Shown here one piece after another: positions 37,209 to 50,691 of a stretch of 64,000 nt of DNA. The DNA is taken from positions 242,484,001-242,548,000 of the forward strand of contig NC_086097.1 in the NCBI RefSeq assembly GCF_963921235.1, written 5' to 3'. Every line of letters begins with the position of its first letter. The stretch's first letter is position 1. The position numbers and the translations under genes are program-made. The DNA comes from Mobula hypostoma (lineage: Eukaryota). Under the pieces are notes generated by a model. That model was not told the DNA's origin. It made no database searches and saw only the letters and a list, made by a program, of their open reading frames with translations.

Positions 37209-38720
37209 ATAGAACATAGAATAGTACAGCACATTACAGCCCCTTCGGCCCACAATGTTGTGCCGACCCTCAAACCCTGCCTCCCATATAACCTCCCACC
37301 TTAAATTACTTCATATACCTGTCTAGTAGTCTCTTAAACTTCACTAGTGTATCTGCCTCCACCACTGACTCAGGCAGTGCATTCCACGCACCAACCACTC
37401 TCTGAGCAACAAACCTTCCTCTAATATCCCCCTTGAACTTCCCACTCCTTACCTTAAAGCCATGTCCTCTTGTATTGAGCAGTGGTGCCCTGGGGAAGAG
37501 GCGCTGGATATCCACTCTATCTATTCCTCTTATTATCTTGTACACCTCTATCATGTCTCCTCTCATCCTCCTCCTTTCCAAAGAGTAAAGTCCTAGCTCT
37601 CTTAATCTCTGATCATAATGCATACTCTCTAAACCAGGCAACATGCTGGTAAATCTCTTCTGTACCCTTTCCAATGCTTCCACATCCTTCCTACAGTGAG
37701 GCGACCAGAACTGGACACAGTACTCCAAGTGTGGCCTAACCAGAGTTTTATAGAGCTGCATCATTACATCGCGACTCTTAAACTCTATCCCTCGACTTAT
37801 GAAAGCTAACACCCCATAAGCTTTCTTAACTACCCTATCTACCTGTGAGGCAACTTTCAGGGATCTGTGGATATGTACCCCCAGATCCCTCTGCTCCTCC
37901 ACACTACCAAGTATCCTGCCATTTACTTTGTACTCTGCCTTGGAGTTTGTCCTTCCAAAGTGTACCACCTCATACTTCTCTGGGTTGAACTCCATCTGCC
38001 ACTTCTCAGCCCACTTCTGCATCCTATCAATGTCTCTCTGCAATCTTCGACAATCCTCTACACTATCTACAACACCACCAACCTTTGTGTCGTCTGCAAA
38101 CCAGCCAACCCACCCTTCTACCCCCACATCCAGGTCGTTAATAAAAGTCATGAAAAGTAGAGGTCCCAGAACAGATCCTTGTGGGACACCACTAGTCACA
38201 ATCCTCCAGTCTGAATGTACTCCCTCCACCACGACCCTCTGCCTTCTGCAGGGAAGCCAATTCTGAATCTAGCTGGCCAAACTTCCCTGAATCCCATGCC
38301 TTCTGACTTTCTGAATAAGCCTACCGTGTGGAACCTTGTCAAATGCCTTACTAAAATCCATATAGATCACATCCACTGCACTACCCTCATCTATATGCCT
38401 GGTCACCTCCTCAAAGAACTCTATTAGGCTTGTTAGACATGATCTGCCCTTCACAAAGCCATGCTGACTGTCCCTGATCAGACCATGATTCTCTAAATGC
38501 CTATAGATCCTATCTCTAAGAATCTTTTCCAATAGCTTTCCCACCACAGACGTAAGGCTCACTGGTCTAAAATTACCTGGACTATCCCTACTACCTTTTT
38601 TGAACAAGGGGACAACATTCGCCTCCCTCCAATCCTCCAGTACCATTCCCATGGACAACGAGGACATAAAGATCCTAGCCAGAGGCTCAGCAATCTCCTG
38701 CCTCGCCTCGTGGAGCAGTG
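37209..38720 (-). mobile_element. 5'-truncated CR1 LINE, (GTTCTAT)n tail family
   Basis: ORFs 38269-38667 and 37306-38232 contain [21 protein letters not shown] and FADD. Confidence 0.95.
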
Positions 38721-39840
38721 CTCTGAAGTGCGTTCTCCTGTCACATATTTAATATTTCACTAATATTGTAAATATATTGTTTGATCAAGTATTCTTTGTT
38801 GTTTACATGTATGTAGAAGTACATGAATGGTACACGTCATTATGCTACCACATATTATACGTGCATGCCTCTCTGAAGTAAAGTGAAGTAGACACGCATC
38901 TGCCAGTTCCTATATTTTTCTTTTGATTGGTCTCTGGAGGTACAAAACATAATGGTCCACTCTCCTGTCCAATCAGATTCCTGCTTCAGCCCTTTACCCT
39001 TTCCACTAAGCACTTCCCAGTTCTTCAATTATAAGACCATAAGACCACAAGACATAAGAGCAGAATTAGGCCATCTGGCCCATCGAGTCTGCTCCGCCAT
39101 TCAAACATAGCTGATCCTTTCTCTCTATCTCCTCCTCAACCCCAGTTCCCGGCCTTCTCCCTGTAACCTTTGATGCCGTGTCCAATCAAGAACCTATAAA
39201 TCTCTGTCTTAAATGCACCCAACAACCTGGCCTCCACAGCTGCATGTGGAAACAAATTCCACAAATTCACCACCCTTTGGCTAAAGAAATTACTCAACAT
39301 CTTTCTTTTGAAAGGGCGCCCCTCTATCCTGAGGCTGTGCCCTCTTGTCCTCGATTCTCCCACCATGGGAAACATCCTTTCCACATCTACTCTGTCTAGG
39401 CCTTTCAACATTCAAAAGGTTTCAATGAGATCCCTCTCATCCTTCTGAATTCCAGCGAGTACAGACCCAGAGTTATCAAACATTCCTCATATGATAACCC
39501 TTTCATTCCCAGAATCATCCTTATGAACTGCCTCCGGACCATCTCTAATGCCAGCACATCTTTTCGACAAGGAGCCCGAAACTGTTCACAATACTCAAGG
39601 TGAGGCCTCTCCAGTACCTTATAAAGCCTCAGCATCACATCCTTACTCTTGTATTCTAGACCTCTTGAAATTAATGCTAACATGGCATTTGCCTTCCTCA
39701 CCATCGACTCAACCTGCAAGTTAACCTACAGGGTGTTCTGCACCAGGACTCCCAAGTCCCTTTGATTCTCAGATTCCTGGATTTTCTCCCTATCTAGAAA
39801 ATAGTCCACACATTTATTTCTACTTCCAAAGTGCATGACC

Positions 39841-40735
39841 ATAGAACATAGAATAGTAATGCACAGTACAGCCCCTTCGGTCCACAATGTTGTGCCGACC
39901 CTCAAACCCTGCCTCCCATATAACCTCCCACCTTAAATTACTTCATATACCTGTCTAGTAGTCTCTTAAACTTCACTAGTGTATCTGCCTCCACCACTGA
40001 CTCAGGCAGTGCATTCCATGCACCAACCACTCTCTGAGTAAAAAACTTCCTCTAATATCCCCCTTGAACTTCCCACCCCTTACCTTAAAGCCATGTCCTC
40101 TTGTATTGAGCAGTGGTGCCCTGGGGAAGAGGCGCTGGCTATCCACTCTATCTATTCTTCTTATTATCTTGTACACCTCTATCATGTCTCCTCTCATCCT
40201 CCTTCTCTCCAGAGAGTAAAGCCCTAGCTCCCTTAATCTTTGATCATAATGCATACTTTGAGGCCAGTTCATTGGCTATGTTTAAGAGGGAGTTAGATAT
40301 GGCCCTTGTGGCTACAGGGGTCAGGGGGTATGGAGGGAAGGCTGGGGCGGGGTTCTGAGTTGGATGATCAGCCATGATCATAATAAATGGCGGTGCAGGC
40401 TCGAAGGGCCGAATGGCCTACTCCTGCACCTATTTTCTATGTTTCTATGTTTCTATGTTTCTAAACCAGGCAGCATCCTGGTAAATCTCCTCTGTACCCT
40501 TTCCAATGCTTCCACATCCTTCCTATAGTGAGGCGACCAGAACTGGACACAGTACTCCAAGTGCGGCCTAACCAGAGTTGTATAGAGCTGCATCATTACA
40601 TCGCGACTCTTAAACTCTATCCCTCGACTTATGAAAGCTAACACCCCATAAGCTTTCTTAACTACCCTATCTACCTGTGAGGCAACTTTCAGGGATCTGT
40701 GGACATGCACCCCCAGATCCCTCTGCTCCTCCACA
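39841..40735 (-). mobile_element. CR1 3' fragment ((GTTCTAT)n family), itself interrupted
   Basis: Nearly identical to 37209-37905. Interrupted at 40257-40460. Confidence 0.9.
40257..40460 (+). mobile_element. Very short young CR1 3' insertion ((TTTCTATG)n family)
   Basis: TTGAGGCCAGTTCATTGGC...CCTATTTTCTATG repeats, matching the 3' ends of the copies ending at 16440, 27398 and 34911. Confidence 0.92.
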
Positions 40736-41390
40736 CCATGCATTTTCCAACATTGTATTTCATTTGCCACTTTCTTTCCCATTCTCCTAATCTGTCTAAG
40801 TCCTTCTGCATCCTAATTGTTTCCTCAACACTGCCTGCCCCTCTACCAGTCTTTATATCATCTGCAAACTTGGCAACAAAGCCATCTATTCCATCATCTA
40901 AATCATTGATATATAGCATAAAACAGTGTCCCAACACCAACCCCTGCGGAACACCATTAGTCATTGACAGCCAATGAGAAAAGGATCCTTTTATCCTACT
41001 CGCTGCCTCCTACCAATTACTCACCCCTCCTCCATCCACCTACTTCCCTCTTACCTGGTCTCACCTATCACCTGCCTATTTGTATGCCTTCCCCACCTCA
41101 GTTTCTTATTCTGGCTTCTGTCCACTATCCAGTCTTGATGAAGGGTCTTGGCTCGAAACATCAACTGTTCATTCCTCTCCATGGATGCTGCCTGACCTGT
41201 TGAGTTTTTCCAGAATTCTGTATGTTACTCTGGATTTCCTGCATCTGCAGAATCTCCTGCATTTAGAGTATTGCTGGAAGATGTGTTGATAGTGATCCAA
41301 GGGAGACAAACAAGGCTGGGGTTTCAGCTGGTGAAAATTGATGCCTTTTTGTGGAAGTGACTACTTTTTGGAGCAATATCGGGACATATT

Positions 41391-42858
41391 TTATACTTTA
41401 TTGTCGCCAGACAATTGATACTAGAATATACAATCATCACAGCGATATTTGATTCTGCGCTTCCTGCTCCCTGGATTATAAATCGATAGTAAATGTTAAA
41501 AATTTAAATTATAAATCATAAATATAAAATAGAGAAATGGAAAGTAAGATAGTGCAAAAAAATCCAAGAGGCAAGTCTGGATATTTGGAGGGTACAGCCC
41601 AGATCTGAGTCAGGATCCGTTCAGCAGTCTTATCACAGCTGGAAAGAAGCTGTTCCCAAATCTGCCCGTACGAGTCTTCAAGCTCTTGAGCCTTCTCCTG
41701 GAGGCTGGGTGGGTCGTGTCCTTGATTATCCTGACAGCACTGCTCCGACAGCGTGCAGTGTAAAGTGAGTCCAAGGACGGAAGATTGGTTTGTGTGATGT
41801 GTTGTGCTGTGTTCACAATCTTCTGCAGCTTCTTCTGGTCTTGGACAGGACAACTTCCATACGAGGTTGTGATGCACCCCAGAAGAATGCTTTCTATGGT
41901 GCATCTATAAAAATTAGTGAGGGTTTTAGGGGACAGGCCAAATTTCTTTAGCTTTCTCAGGAAGAAAAGGCACTGGTGGGCTTTCTTGGCAGTGGACTCT
42001 GCTTGGTTGGACCAAGTCATTTGTGATATTGATCCCGAGGAACTTAAAGCTTTTGATTTGTTCCACTTGTGCACCAATGGGGTCATGTGGTCTGCTACTC
42101 CTCCTGAAGCCAACAACCAATTCCTTTGTCTTGTTGACGTTGAGGGATAGGTTATTGTTTTCACATCATGCCACCAGGTTCTTAATTTCCTCTCTGTACT
42201 CAAACTCATCATTTCCTGAGATACTGCCTACAATTGTTGTGTCATCAGCAAACTTATATATTCAGTTTGTTGGAAACTTGGCTACGCAATCATAGGTGTA
42301 CAGTGAGTCCAGCAGGGGGCTGAGTACACAGCCTTGTGGGGCACTGGTGGTCAGAGTGATTGTAGAGGAGAGCTTGTCCCCTATTTTTACAGCCTGGGTC
42401 CTGTCTGTGAGGAAGTTGAAGATCCAGCTGCAGATCTGAGTGCTAGGGCCCAGGTTCCGGAACTTAGGAATCAGTTTATTTGGAATGATTGTATTAAAGG
42501 CAGAGCTGTAGTCAATGAAAAGGAGCCTTACGTATGAGTCTTTATTCTCCAGGTGTTCTAAGGAGGAATATGGGGCCAGAGAGATGGCATCTGCTGTTGA
42601 CCTGTTGCTCCGGTAGGCAAATTGCGAAGCATCGAGGTTGACCAGTAGGCTGTGGTTGATGTGTGCCATAACCAATCGCTCGAAGCATTTCATAGCAATT
42701 GATGTCAGAGCCACTGGTCGATAGTCATTCAAGCATGCCACCTCACTCTTCTTCGACACAGGGATTATCGTTGCCTTCTTAAAACACGAAGGGATCTTAG
42801 ACTGAAGCAAGGAGCAGTTGAAGATGTCAGCAAACACTCCAGCTAGCTCGCTTGCACA
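41391..42858 (-). mobile_element. 5'-truncated Rex1/Babar-type LINE
   Basis: ORF 42262-42837 has [29 protein letters not shown] and [13 protein letters not shown] at ~42242. ORF 41610-42212 is the C-terminus. Confidence 0.9.
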
Positions 42859-43454
42859 TAAATCTCCACATAGTATGGAGAGTCCAGTGCACAGGATTGA
42901 AAGAGGTTGTAGAAGGTTTTTACAATTAGTTTCATCACGTACTTTGAGATATCAAACGTACAGTGAAATGTGCTGTTCGCATCAACGACCAACACAGTTC
43001 AAGGCTGAGCTAGAGGCAATCTGCAATTGTCACCACGTTTCAGGCGCCAGCATAGTATGTCCACAATTTGTTAACCCTAACCCGTACATCTTAGATACGT
43101 GGGAGGAAACCTACATGGCTTTGGAGAGAGTGCAAAAATTCCTTCAAGACAGCGGTGGGAATTGAACCTGGGTCACTGGTGCTCTAATCGCGCTGAGTGA
43201 TGGACTCACCCATTTCCATCACTGGCACAGCCACTCTTGCTGCTGAGACGTTGCCCCAAGAAGGCAGCATCCATCATTAAAGACCCTCACCTGCTTAGAC
43301 ATGCTCTCTTCTTGTTACTACCATCAGGAAGGAGAGACTGAAGCCTGAAGGTGCACACTCAACATTTTAGGAACAGCTTTTTCCCCTCATTCATAGAATT
43401 TCTGAATGATCTATGAGTCCATGAATACTACCTAATTAATGTTTAACTATCTGT

Positions 43455-43805
43455 TGGGTGGCGGGATGGAGATATGTAGAGGTCCTTCCCTCTGCTAGCC
43501 TGCAGGTCACCCTTGGGCAAGGTGTAGCACCCCCCCCCTCCGATCAGGGTCACGTGAAGCCATGGGAGCAGGTGGTGGATGGTCGTACGAGCAGCCGGTG
43601 CGTATCACAAGTTCTGGTTATGTGACCACTGACACCAGGAAAACAATCTCTGAAGGGTATTGATAATGACTGACTTCACCCATCTTGTAAAGACACTGCC
43701 CAGAAGAAGGTAATGGCAAACCACTTCAGTAGAAAAATTTGCCAAGAACAATTATAGTCATGATAGACCATGATCTCCCATGTCATACAACATGGCACAT
43801 AACAA
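43455..43805 (+). mobile_element. Non-autonomous retroposon with Bov-A-like 3' segment (copy 2)
   Basis: GGGTGGCGGGATGGAGATATG..CTAGCCTGCAGGTCACCCTTGGGCAAGG..AATGGCAAACCACTTC. Confidence 0.7.
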
Positions 43806-44233
43806 ATGGATGAACTATCTGTTCATTTTTGTAACTTGGTAATTTTTATGTTTTAATATTCTCAAAACAACAAATCTGCTGAGATATATATATCAGAGAT
43901 AATAAAGCGGATTTTGATTTTTAGAAATGTGGGATTTATGTTAGCAGGATGAAAGGGAATGTTTTCACTCCTGTCTCTGCTCACCTACTGCCAAAACCAT
44001 TATCTACATTTGACTTAGAACTCACGAGTAAACTTGAGGCCGTCCAAAACTCCGCTAATTTATAATCCAAGGATACTACCATAAAGAGTAAACGGTATAT
44101 TTATAAGGTGCATTTGTCATGGTAAAGTAATCCCAACCTTGCTGTTCCACACCAGCTCATGGATAAGCAGCAACTCATTTTAAAATTCTCTTCCTTATTT
44201 TCAAACTGTTCACCTCTTTAATGTCATCTAGTC

Positions 44234-44315
44234 CAGAGGTTCCCAACTTTTTTTTAATGCCATGGACCAATATCCTCCAGCAAAGGGTCCATCGACCCCA
44301 GGTTGGGAACTCTTG
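44234..44315. mobile_element. 82-bp hAT (Charlie-like) MITE
   Basis: TIR CAGAGGTTCCCAAC / GTTGGGAACTCTTG. Imperfect 8-bp TSD ATCTAGTC / CTCTAGCC with a TCTAG core. Confidence 0.75.
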
Positions 44316-44684
44316 CTCTAGCCCTATGATGCTCACAGATAACCACATTTCTCCAGATAAGCCTCTTGCTCATTGCTTTAATAACTGGAAAGGATCCTAA
44401 CCAAGCCAGCAGTGGAAATACAAAACTGCAGCATACACAACTTTCTAGAACATAAGAAAGGCCTTCCTTCCCATATGTGAATAATTGGTTCCTGGGAAGG
44501 TTACAAGAAAAAAAACCGGAATTAATAGCTGTCAACATCTTCGGGGAAAAAGAAGCAGAGGGTAAAAATAGGATAGTTCCTCTTAGATGCAAGAGGTTCA
44601 CAAATGCTGGAAATTTTGAGCAACAAAGACACAAAATGCTGGAGGAACTCAGCAAGTGAGGAATTATCTATGAAGGGGAATAAT

Positions 44685-44722
44685 CAGTCGAAGTTTCAGG
44701 CCAAGACCCTTCATCAGGACTG
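44685..44722 (-). ncRNA. Minimal hammerhead ribozyme motif in a Penelope tail
   Basis: Minus strand reads CAGTC-CTGATGA-A-GGG-TCTTGG-CCT-GAAA-C-TTC-GACTG. Stem I is perfect and the core is intact; the triplet is UUC. Confidence 0.65.
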
Positions 44723-46696
44723 GAAAGGAAAGGGGTAGAAGCAGAAGACAAAGGTGGAGCTGGGGGGGAGCAGTACAACCTCAATTCCTCCTGTGCTTTT
44801 GGTAAGTAATAAAACGTTTTCATACTAGAAAATTAATTCATCTTCGATGCTTGAGGAATATCTAAGAGATTTGAAAATATCAACTTTTTTTTAGATTTCA
44901 AAGGCTTTGCATATGATAGTTTTAAAAAAGCAGGATCAATGGGATTCACTGAAAGAGAAACATACAATGTGGGTGGTCTGCAATGTATAGTAACACCTAA
45001 GATAAAATGCACTAACTCAATATGAGCAAAACAAAAGGGCTGGTCATTCCAGCGCTAACATAACATGCCATCAGGTACATTTATACAGAAAGGAGCTGGA
45101 AAAAGGCTAGCAACATCCCAAAGGATCCTACTCACCCTGTTTGTCTCTTTCCTATCAGGGAGGAGGCTATGTAGTATCCAAGACCACCAGACTCAAAAAT
45201 GATTACTTTCCACAAGCAGTAAGGCTGATGAGCACGTTCACCTACCAACCCAGCCCTCCACACTCCCCACCACCACTGCTTTATCATTTCCTGACAGTCA
45301 CTTTATGTACAGACTCTCTTCTGCCTATTGTCACCTATGGATGTACAATTAACGTATATAAGTTATCATATATATTAATTTTTTTTATTATTGTGCCCTT
45401 CATCTTATTGTGTTTTTTTTGTGCTACATTGGATCTGGAGCAATAATTACTTTGTTCTCCTTTACACTAATGTACTGGAAATAACATCAAACAATCTTGA
45501 ATTCAGTCAAATTCGCAACTTACTAGCCCTAACCCAGTGGTCCCCAACCTCCGGGCTGCGGACCAATACGGGGCCGCGAAGAATGCAGCGGCGCAGCGGT
45601 AGCCGGGACGCACCCAGCACATCTTTGAGAAAAAAGCCGAAATAAACAAGCTAATTAATTAGGTGCTGCCCGGCACGTAAATGTCGGCCCAGATCAGAAG
45701 CGACGCAATCGGCGGTATGGGAGGAAACCGGAGCACCCAGAAAATACCCACACGGCCACAGGGAGATCATACGAACTCCTTACAGACAGCAGTAGGAAAT
45801 GAACCCTGATTGCTAACGCTATAAAGAGTCACCTCTTGCATGCAAGCAGTGGTCTAGTTAGGAGGTTAATTGGATTCTGGACATTGTGCCAACGTAGGTG
45901 GGTGGCAGGAATGAAAGTTTGGAGATCTGAGAGGAAACATGGATTATCATAAATCAGCATTCAACGATTGGCATATTTCATTGTGGGCACTGTGGGCTGT
46001 TTATTCATTTCCATAGATGCTGCCAGACTTGCTGAATTCCTCTGGCATTTTGTGCCTGTTACTGTGGACATGCTGTACTGATGCTAGAATGTTACACTTG
46101 TGGGCTTCTCCCAGTATATCCTTGAGCGTGTTGTTTGTTAACCCAAATGAAGCATTTCCACACGTGATAAATAAACTTGAACCTGAATGTGGATGGACTG
46201 AATGAATTTCTTTAGCCAGAGGGTGGTGAATTTGTGGAATTCATTGCCACAGATGACTGAGGAGTCATTGGGTATATTTACATAAAGCGGAAGGTGATAG
46301 GTTCTTGACTACTAAGGTCGTCAAATGTTATAGGGAGAAGGCAGGAGAATGGGGTTGAGAGAGATAATATTATCAGCCATGATGGAATGCTGGAGCAGAC
46401 TTGATGAGCTGAGTGGTCTAATTCTGCTGCTACGTCTTATGTCTACCACTGGTCACCAACCTCCAGAAAGAATACACTCCATGTACAACCACCCTCTGCC
46501 TTCTGTGGGTGAGCCAATTCTGAATCCAAAGTTTTGATTGTATAGGGCGTTATAGTAGGGGCTGAGGACTCAGACTTACAGCAAATATCTGCAGATGGAA
46601 GGAAAGAGAAACAAAGCATGAAAGATTCTGCAGATGCTGGCAATCCAAAGCAACACACTCAAAATGCTGGAGGAACTCAACAGGTCAGACAGCATA

Positions 46697-46863
46697 TATG
46701 GAGATGAATAAACAGTTGACATTGCTGGGAAATTGGCCCAACTATAGAAATTCATCTATTAAAATGAATAAACAGTTGATGTTTCTTGGAAGTTGTACCA
46801 ACTATGGAAATTCATCCATGGAAATGAATAAACAATTGACGTTTCTTGGAATTTGTACCAACT
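46697..46863. repeat. ~60-bp tandem repeat x~3 at the junction of a Penelope tail
   Basis: ATGAATAAACA(G/A)TTGA...CCAACT repeated three times. Confidence 0.8.
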
Positions 46864-47618
46864 TACATTGAACATCAGGCATTCCAAGAGAATTCTGTTT
46901 AGTTGTGGTTTCTACAATTTAGGGTGAACGTGACATGGTTGAAGAGATTAATTAGAACATCTCTGGAACTGAGAGATTTGAAGCTAAGGGCTTGTTTCCC
47001 CCTTGAAACAGTTAAATGCTTAAAATCATGGAATGCAAAATGTTGCAAATTTGAAAATAGAAGACCCTGGTAATATTTGGGTCCAGATCTACGATGAAAA
47101 TGAAATGTTTCAGATCAATGGCATTTCATCATAACTGGAAAAAAGTCAAAAGCTTTAACGCTGCTGGGAAGTGGATTGATAAACTGGAATTGGTTCATTA
47201 TTGTCACCTGTACCAAAGTATTGTCTTGCACTGTTCACACAGACCAAATGAATGGTAAGGTATTTAAGGGGAACTTCTTCACTGAGGTTGATTGCTCCAG
47301 GCTCCGGATCTATGGACTCATCTTGGTTCTGAAGGCTGTGCTTGATTTTATTATTTGTACAATTTGTTTTGTTTTCTTCCTCTGTGTATTCGATGTCTTT
47401 TTTTTAAAGTGGGTTCTTTTGGATTTCTTGTTTTGTGGCTGCTTGTTGAGATGAATCTCAAGGTTGTATAATGTATACACACACTGATAGTAAATGTACT
47501 TTGAACTTTGAACTCAGAGTGGTGAGAGTGTGGAATGAGCTGTCAGCAGTAGTGGTGGATAGGGGTTTGATTTCAACATGTAAGAGAGGTTTGGATAAGT
47601 ACATGGATGGGAGAGGTA

Positions 47619-50280
47619 TAGAAACATAGAAACATAGAAAATAGGTGCAGGAGTAGGCCATTCGGCCCTTCGAGCCTGCACTGCCATTTATTATGATCAT
47701 GGCTGATCATCCAACTCAGAACCCCGCCCCAGCCTTCCCCCCATACCCCCTGACCCCCGTAGCCACAAGGGCCATATCTGACTCCCTCTTAAATATAGCC
47801 AATGAACTGGCCTCAACAGTTTCCTGTGGCAGAGAATTCCACAGATTCACCACTCTCTGTGTGAAGAAGTTTTTCCTAATCTTGGTCCTAAAAGGCTTCC
47901 CCTCTATCCTCAAACTGTGACCCCTCGTTCTGGACTTCTCCAACATCGGGAACAATCTTCCTGCATCCAGCCTGTCCAATCCCTTTAGGATCTTATACGT
48001 TTCAATCAGATCCCCCCTCAATCTTCTAAATTCCAACGAGTACAAGCCCAGTTCATCCAGTCTTTCTTCATATGAAAGTCCTGCCATCCCAGGAATCAAT
48101 CTGGTGAACCTTCTTTGTACTCCCTCTATGGCAAAGATGTCTTTCCTCAGATTAGGGGACCAAAACTGCACACAATACTCCAGGTGTGGTCAAACTTGGA
48201 GATGCTGCATTTAATTCCCTCATCCAAGTCATTAATATATATTGTAAACAACTGGGGTCCCAGCACTGAGCCTTGCGGTACCCCACTAGTCACCGCCTGC
48301 CATTCTGAAAAGGTCCCATTTATTCCCACTCTTTGCTTCCTGTCTGCTAACCAATTCTCCACTCACACCAATACCTTACCCCCAATACCATGTGCTTTAA
48401 GTTTGCACACTAATCTCCTGTGTGGGACCTTGTCAAAAGCCTTTTGAAAATCCAAATATACCACATCCACTGGTTCTCCCCTATCCACTCTACTAGTTAC
48501 ATCCTCAAAAAATTCTATGAGATTCGTCAGACATGATTTTCCTTTCACAAATCCATGCTGACTTTGTCCGATCATTTCACCGCTTTCCAAATGTGCTGTT
48601 ATCACATCCTTGATAACTGACTCCAGCAGTTTCCCCACCACCGACGTTAGGCTAACCGGACTATAATTCCCCGGTTTCTCTCTCTCTCCTTTTTTAAAAA
48701 GTGGGGTTACATTAGCCACCCTCCAATCCTCAGGAACTAGTCCAGAATCTAACGAGTTTTGAAAAATTATCACTAATGCATCCACTATTTCTTGGGCTAC
48801 TTCCTTAAGCACTCTAGGATGCAGACCATCTGGCCCTGGGGATTTATCTGCCTTCAATCCCTTCAATTTACCTAACACCACTGCCCTACTAACATGTATT
48901 TCACTCAGTTCCTCCATCTCACTGGACCCTCTGTCCCTTACTATTTCTGGAAGATTATTTATGTCCTCCTTAGTGAAGACAGAACCAAAGTAATTATTCA
49001 ATTGGTCTGCCATGTCCTTGCTCCCCATAATCAATTCACCTGTTTCTGTCTGCAGGGCACCTACATTTGTCTTTACCAGTCTTTTCCTTTTTACATATCT
49101 ATAAAAGCTTTTACAGTCCGTTTTTATGTTCCCTGCCAGTTTTCTCTCATAATTTTTTTTCCCCTTCCTAATTAAGCCCTTTGTCGTCCTCTGCTGAACT
49201 CTGAATTTCTCCCAGTCCTCAGGTGAGCCACTTTCTCTGGCTAATTTGTATGCTTCTTTGGAATTGATACTATCCCTAATTTCTCTTGTCAGCCACGGGT
49301 GCACTATCTTCCTTGATTTATTCTTTTGCCAAACTGGGATGAACAATTGTTGTAGTTCATCCATGCAACCTTTAAATGCTTGCCATTGCATATCCACCGT
49401 CAATCCTTTAAGTGTCATTTGCCAGTCTATCTTAGCTAATTCACGTCTCATACCTTCAAAGTTACCCCTCTTTAAGTTCAGAACCTTTGTTTCTGAATTA
49501 ACTATGTCACTCTCCATCTTAATGAAGAATTCCACCATATTATGGTCACTCTTACCTCTACAGGGCCAGACTCTGTGCCGGAGGCACGGCCACTGTCGCT
49601 TCCCCCGGGTAAGCTGTCCCCCCCAACAGTACTCAAACAGGAGTACCTGTTGTTAAGGGGCACAGCCACCGGGGTACTCCCCATCACCTGACTTTTCCCC
49701 TTCCCCCTCCTAACCGTGACCCACTTGTCTGCCTCCCGTGGCCCCGGAGTGACCACCTGCCTTCCACTCCTCTCTATCACCTCCTCACTCTCCCTGACCA
49801 GACGAAGGTCATCGAGCACCAGCTCCAGTTCCATAACGCGGTCCCTTAGGAGCTGCATCTCGATGCACTTGGCGCAGATGTAGACGTCCGGGAGGCTTGG
49901 AGACTCTAGGGCCTCCCACATCCGACACCGAGAACAGCAAACTGCCCTCACACTCATAATGCCCCTCTCCTCAAATAACAACAGAAAATGAATGTCAAAC
50001 CTTCCTCGCCTCGCCCGTTTCCGCCTAAGCCCGTTGAGCCGAAGCCCTTAGGTCTTCACTCTGCTCCCGGCTCACTCCACCGCCCGCAAACTACGCTGCC
50101 CGCTCTATGAGGCTTTGTTCCTTTTAAAGCTGTTGCGCTGCACAGCCCGACGTCACACGCCTGCGCAGTCCCGCCTCTCAGAAAGCCGTTGGAGAAAAAA
50201 AAATAACGAAAATTTCAAAAATGTCTTTCTCGGCACTCCCACTCAGACTCTCAGACTCCTTCATCGAATCAAACCCGAAG
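47619..50280 (-). mobile_element. Young CR1 retaining 5' UTR and ORF1 N-terminus, with two internal deletions
   Basis: ORF 49502-49981 (CCSRC..CAKC zinc finger, ELELVLDDLR coiled coil, PLNNRY) is fused to ORF2 at ~49555. A second deletion at ~48191 removes FADD and about 360 bp. It splits an older CR1 tail (GAGAGGTAT | ATGGAGGGTTATGG). Confidence 0.93.
50122..50175 (-). promoter_or_regulatory. Candidate internal Pol II promoter of the CR1 5' UTR
   Basis: Minus strand, in order: GGCGGG (GC box), TGCGCAGGCG (NRF1-like), TGACGTC (CRE-like), TTTAAAA (TATA-like), in a CpG-rich context. Confidence 0.5.
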
Positions 50281-50691
50281 CAGGATATGGAGGGTTATGG
50301 TCCTGGTGCAGGTCAATGGGACTAGGCAGAATAATAGTTTTGGCCCTATCTAGATGGGCCAAAGGGTCTTTTTCTATGCTGTAGAAAAATCATTACGCAG
50401 TGCATTGAGGTAGAATGAGGTAAAACAATAAAAGAACACAGAATAAAATTTAATAGCTACAGAGAAAGTGCAATGCAGGATAGCAAGGTGCAAGATCAAA
50501 ATGAGGTCAAGAGACCATCTCACCATACTAGGGAATCATTTAATAGTTTTATGATAGTGGATCAAAGAAAGGATCTGAGATAAGATGGAGGCCAGGAGAA
50601 ATTAAATCTCCTAGACAGTGGCAGTGTAACAGAAGGACGGTCGTAAAGGACAGTGATAACAATCCTTTGTCTGATAGTACTAGAGAGATTC

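Larger units (their letters stand above)
39030..40975 (-). mobile_element. Old CR1 ((TGGTCTTA)n family) hosting two nested CR1 insertions
   Basis: ORF pieces 39136-39719 and 40689-40964. The host sequence GTGCATGACCAT|GCATTTTCC is split, with an ACCAT duplication. Confidence 0.85.

Noticed and set aside
48185..49560. Splicing as the cause of the CR1 internal deletions
   Set aside because: The RT deletion is not bounded by GT..AG, and the donor-like GTAAGAGT at the other junction is retained rather than removed.
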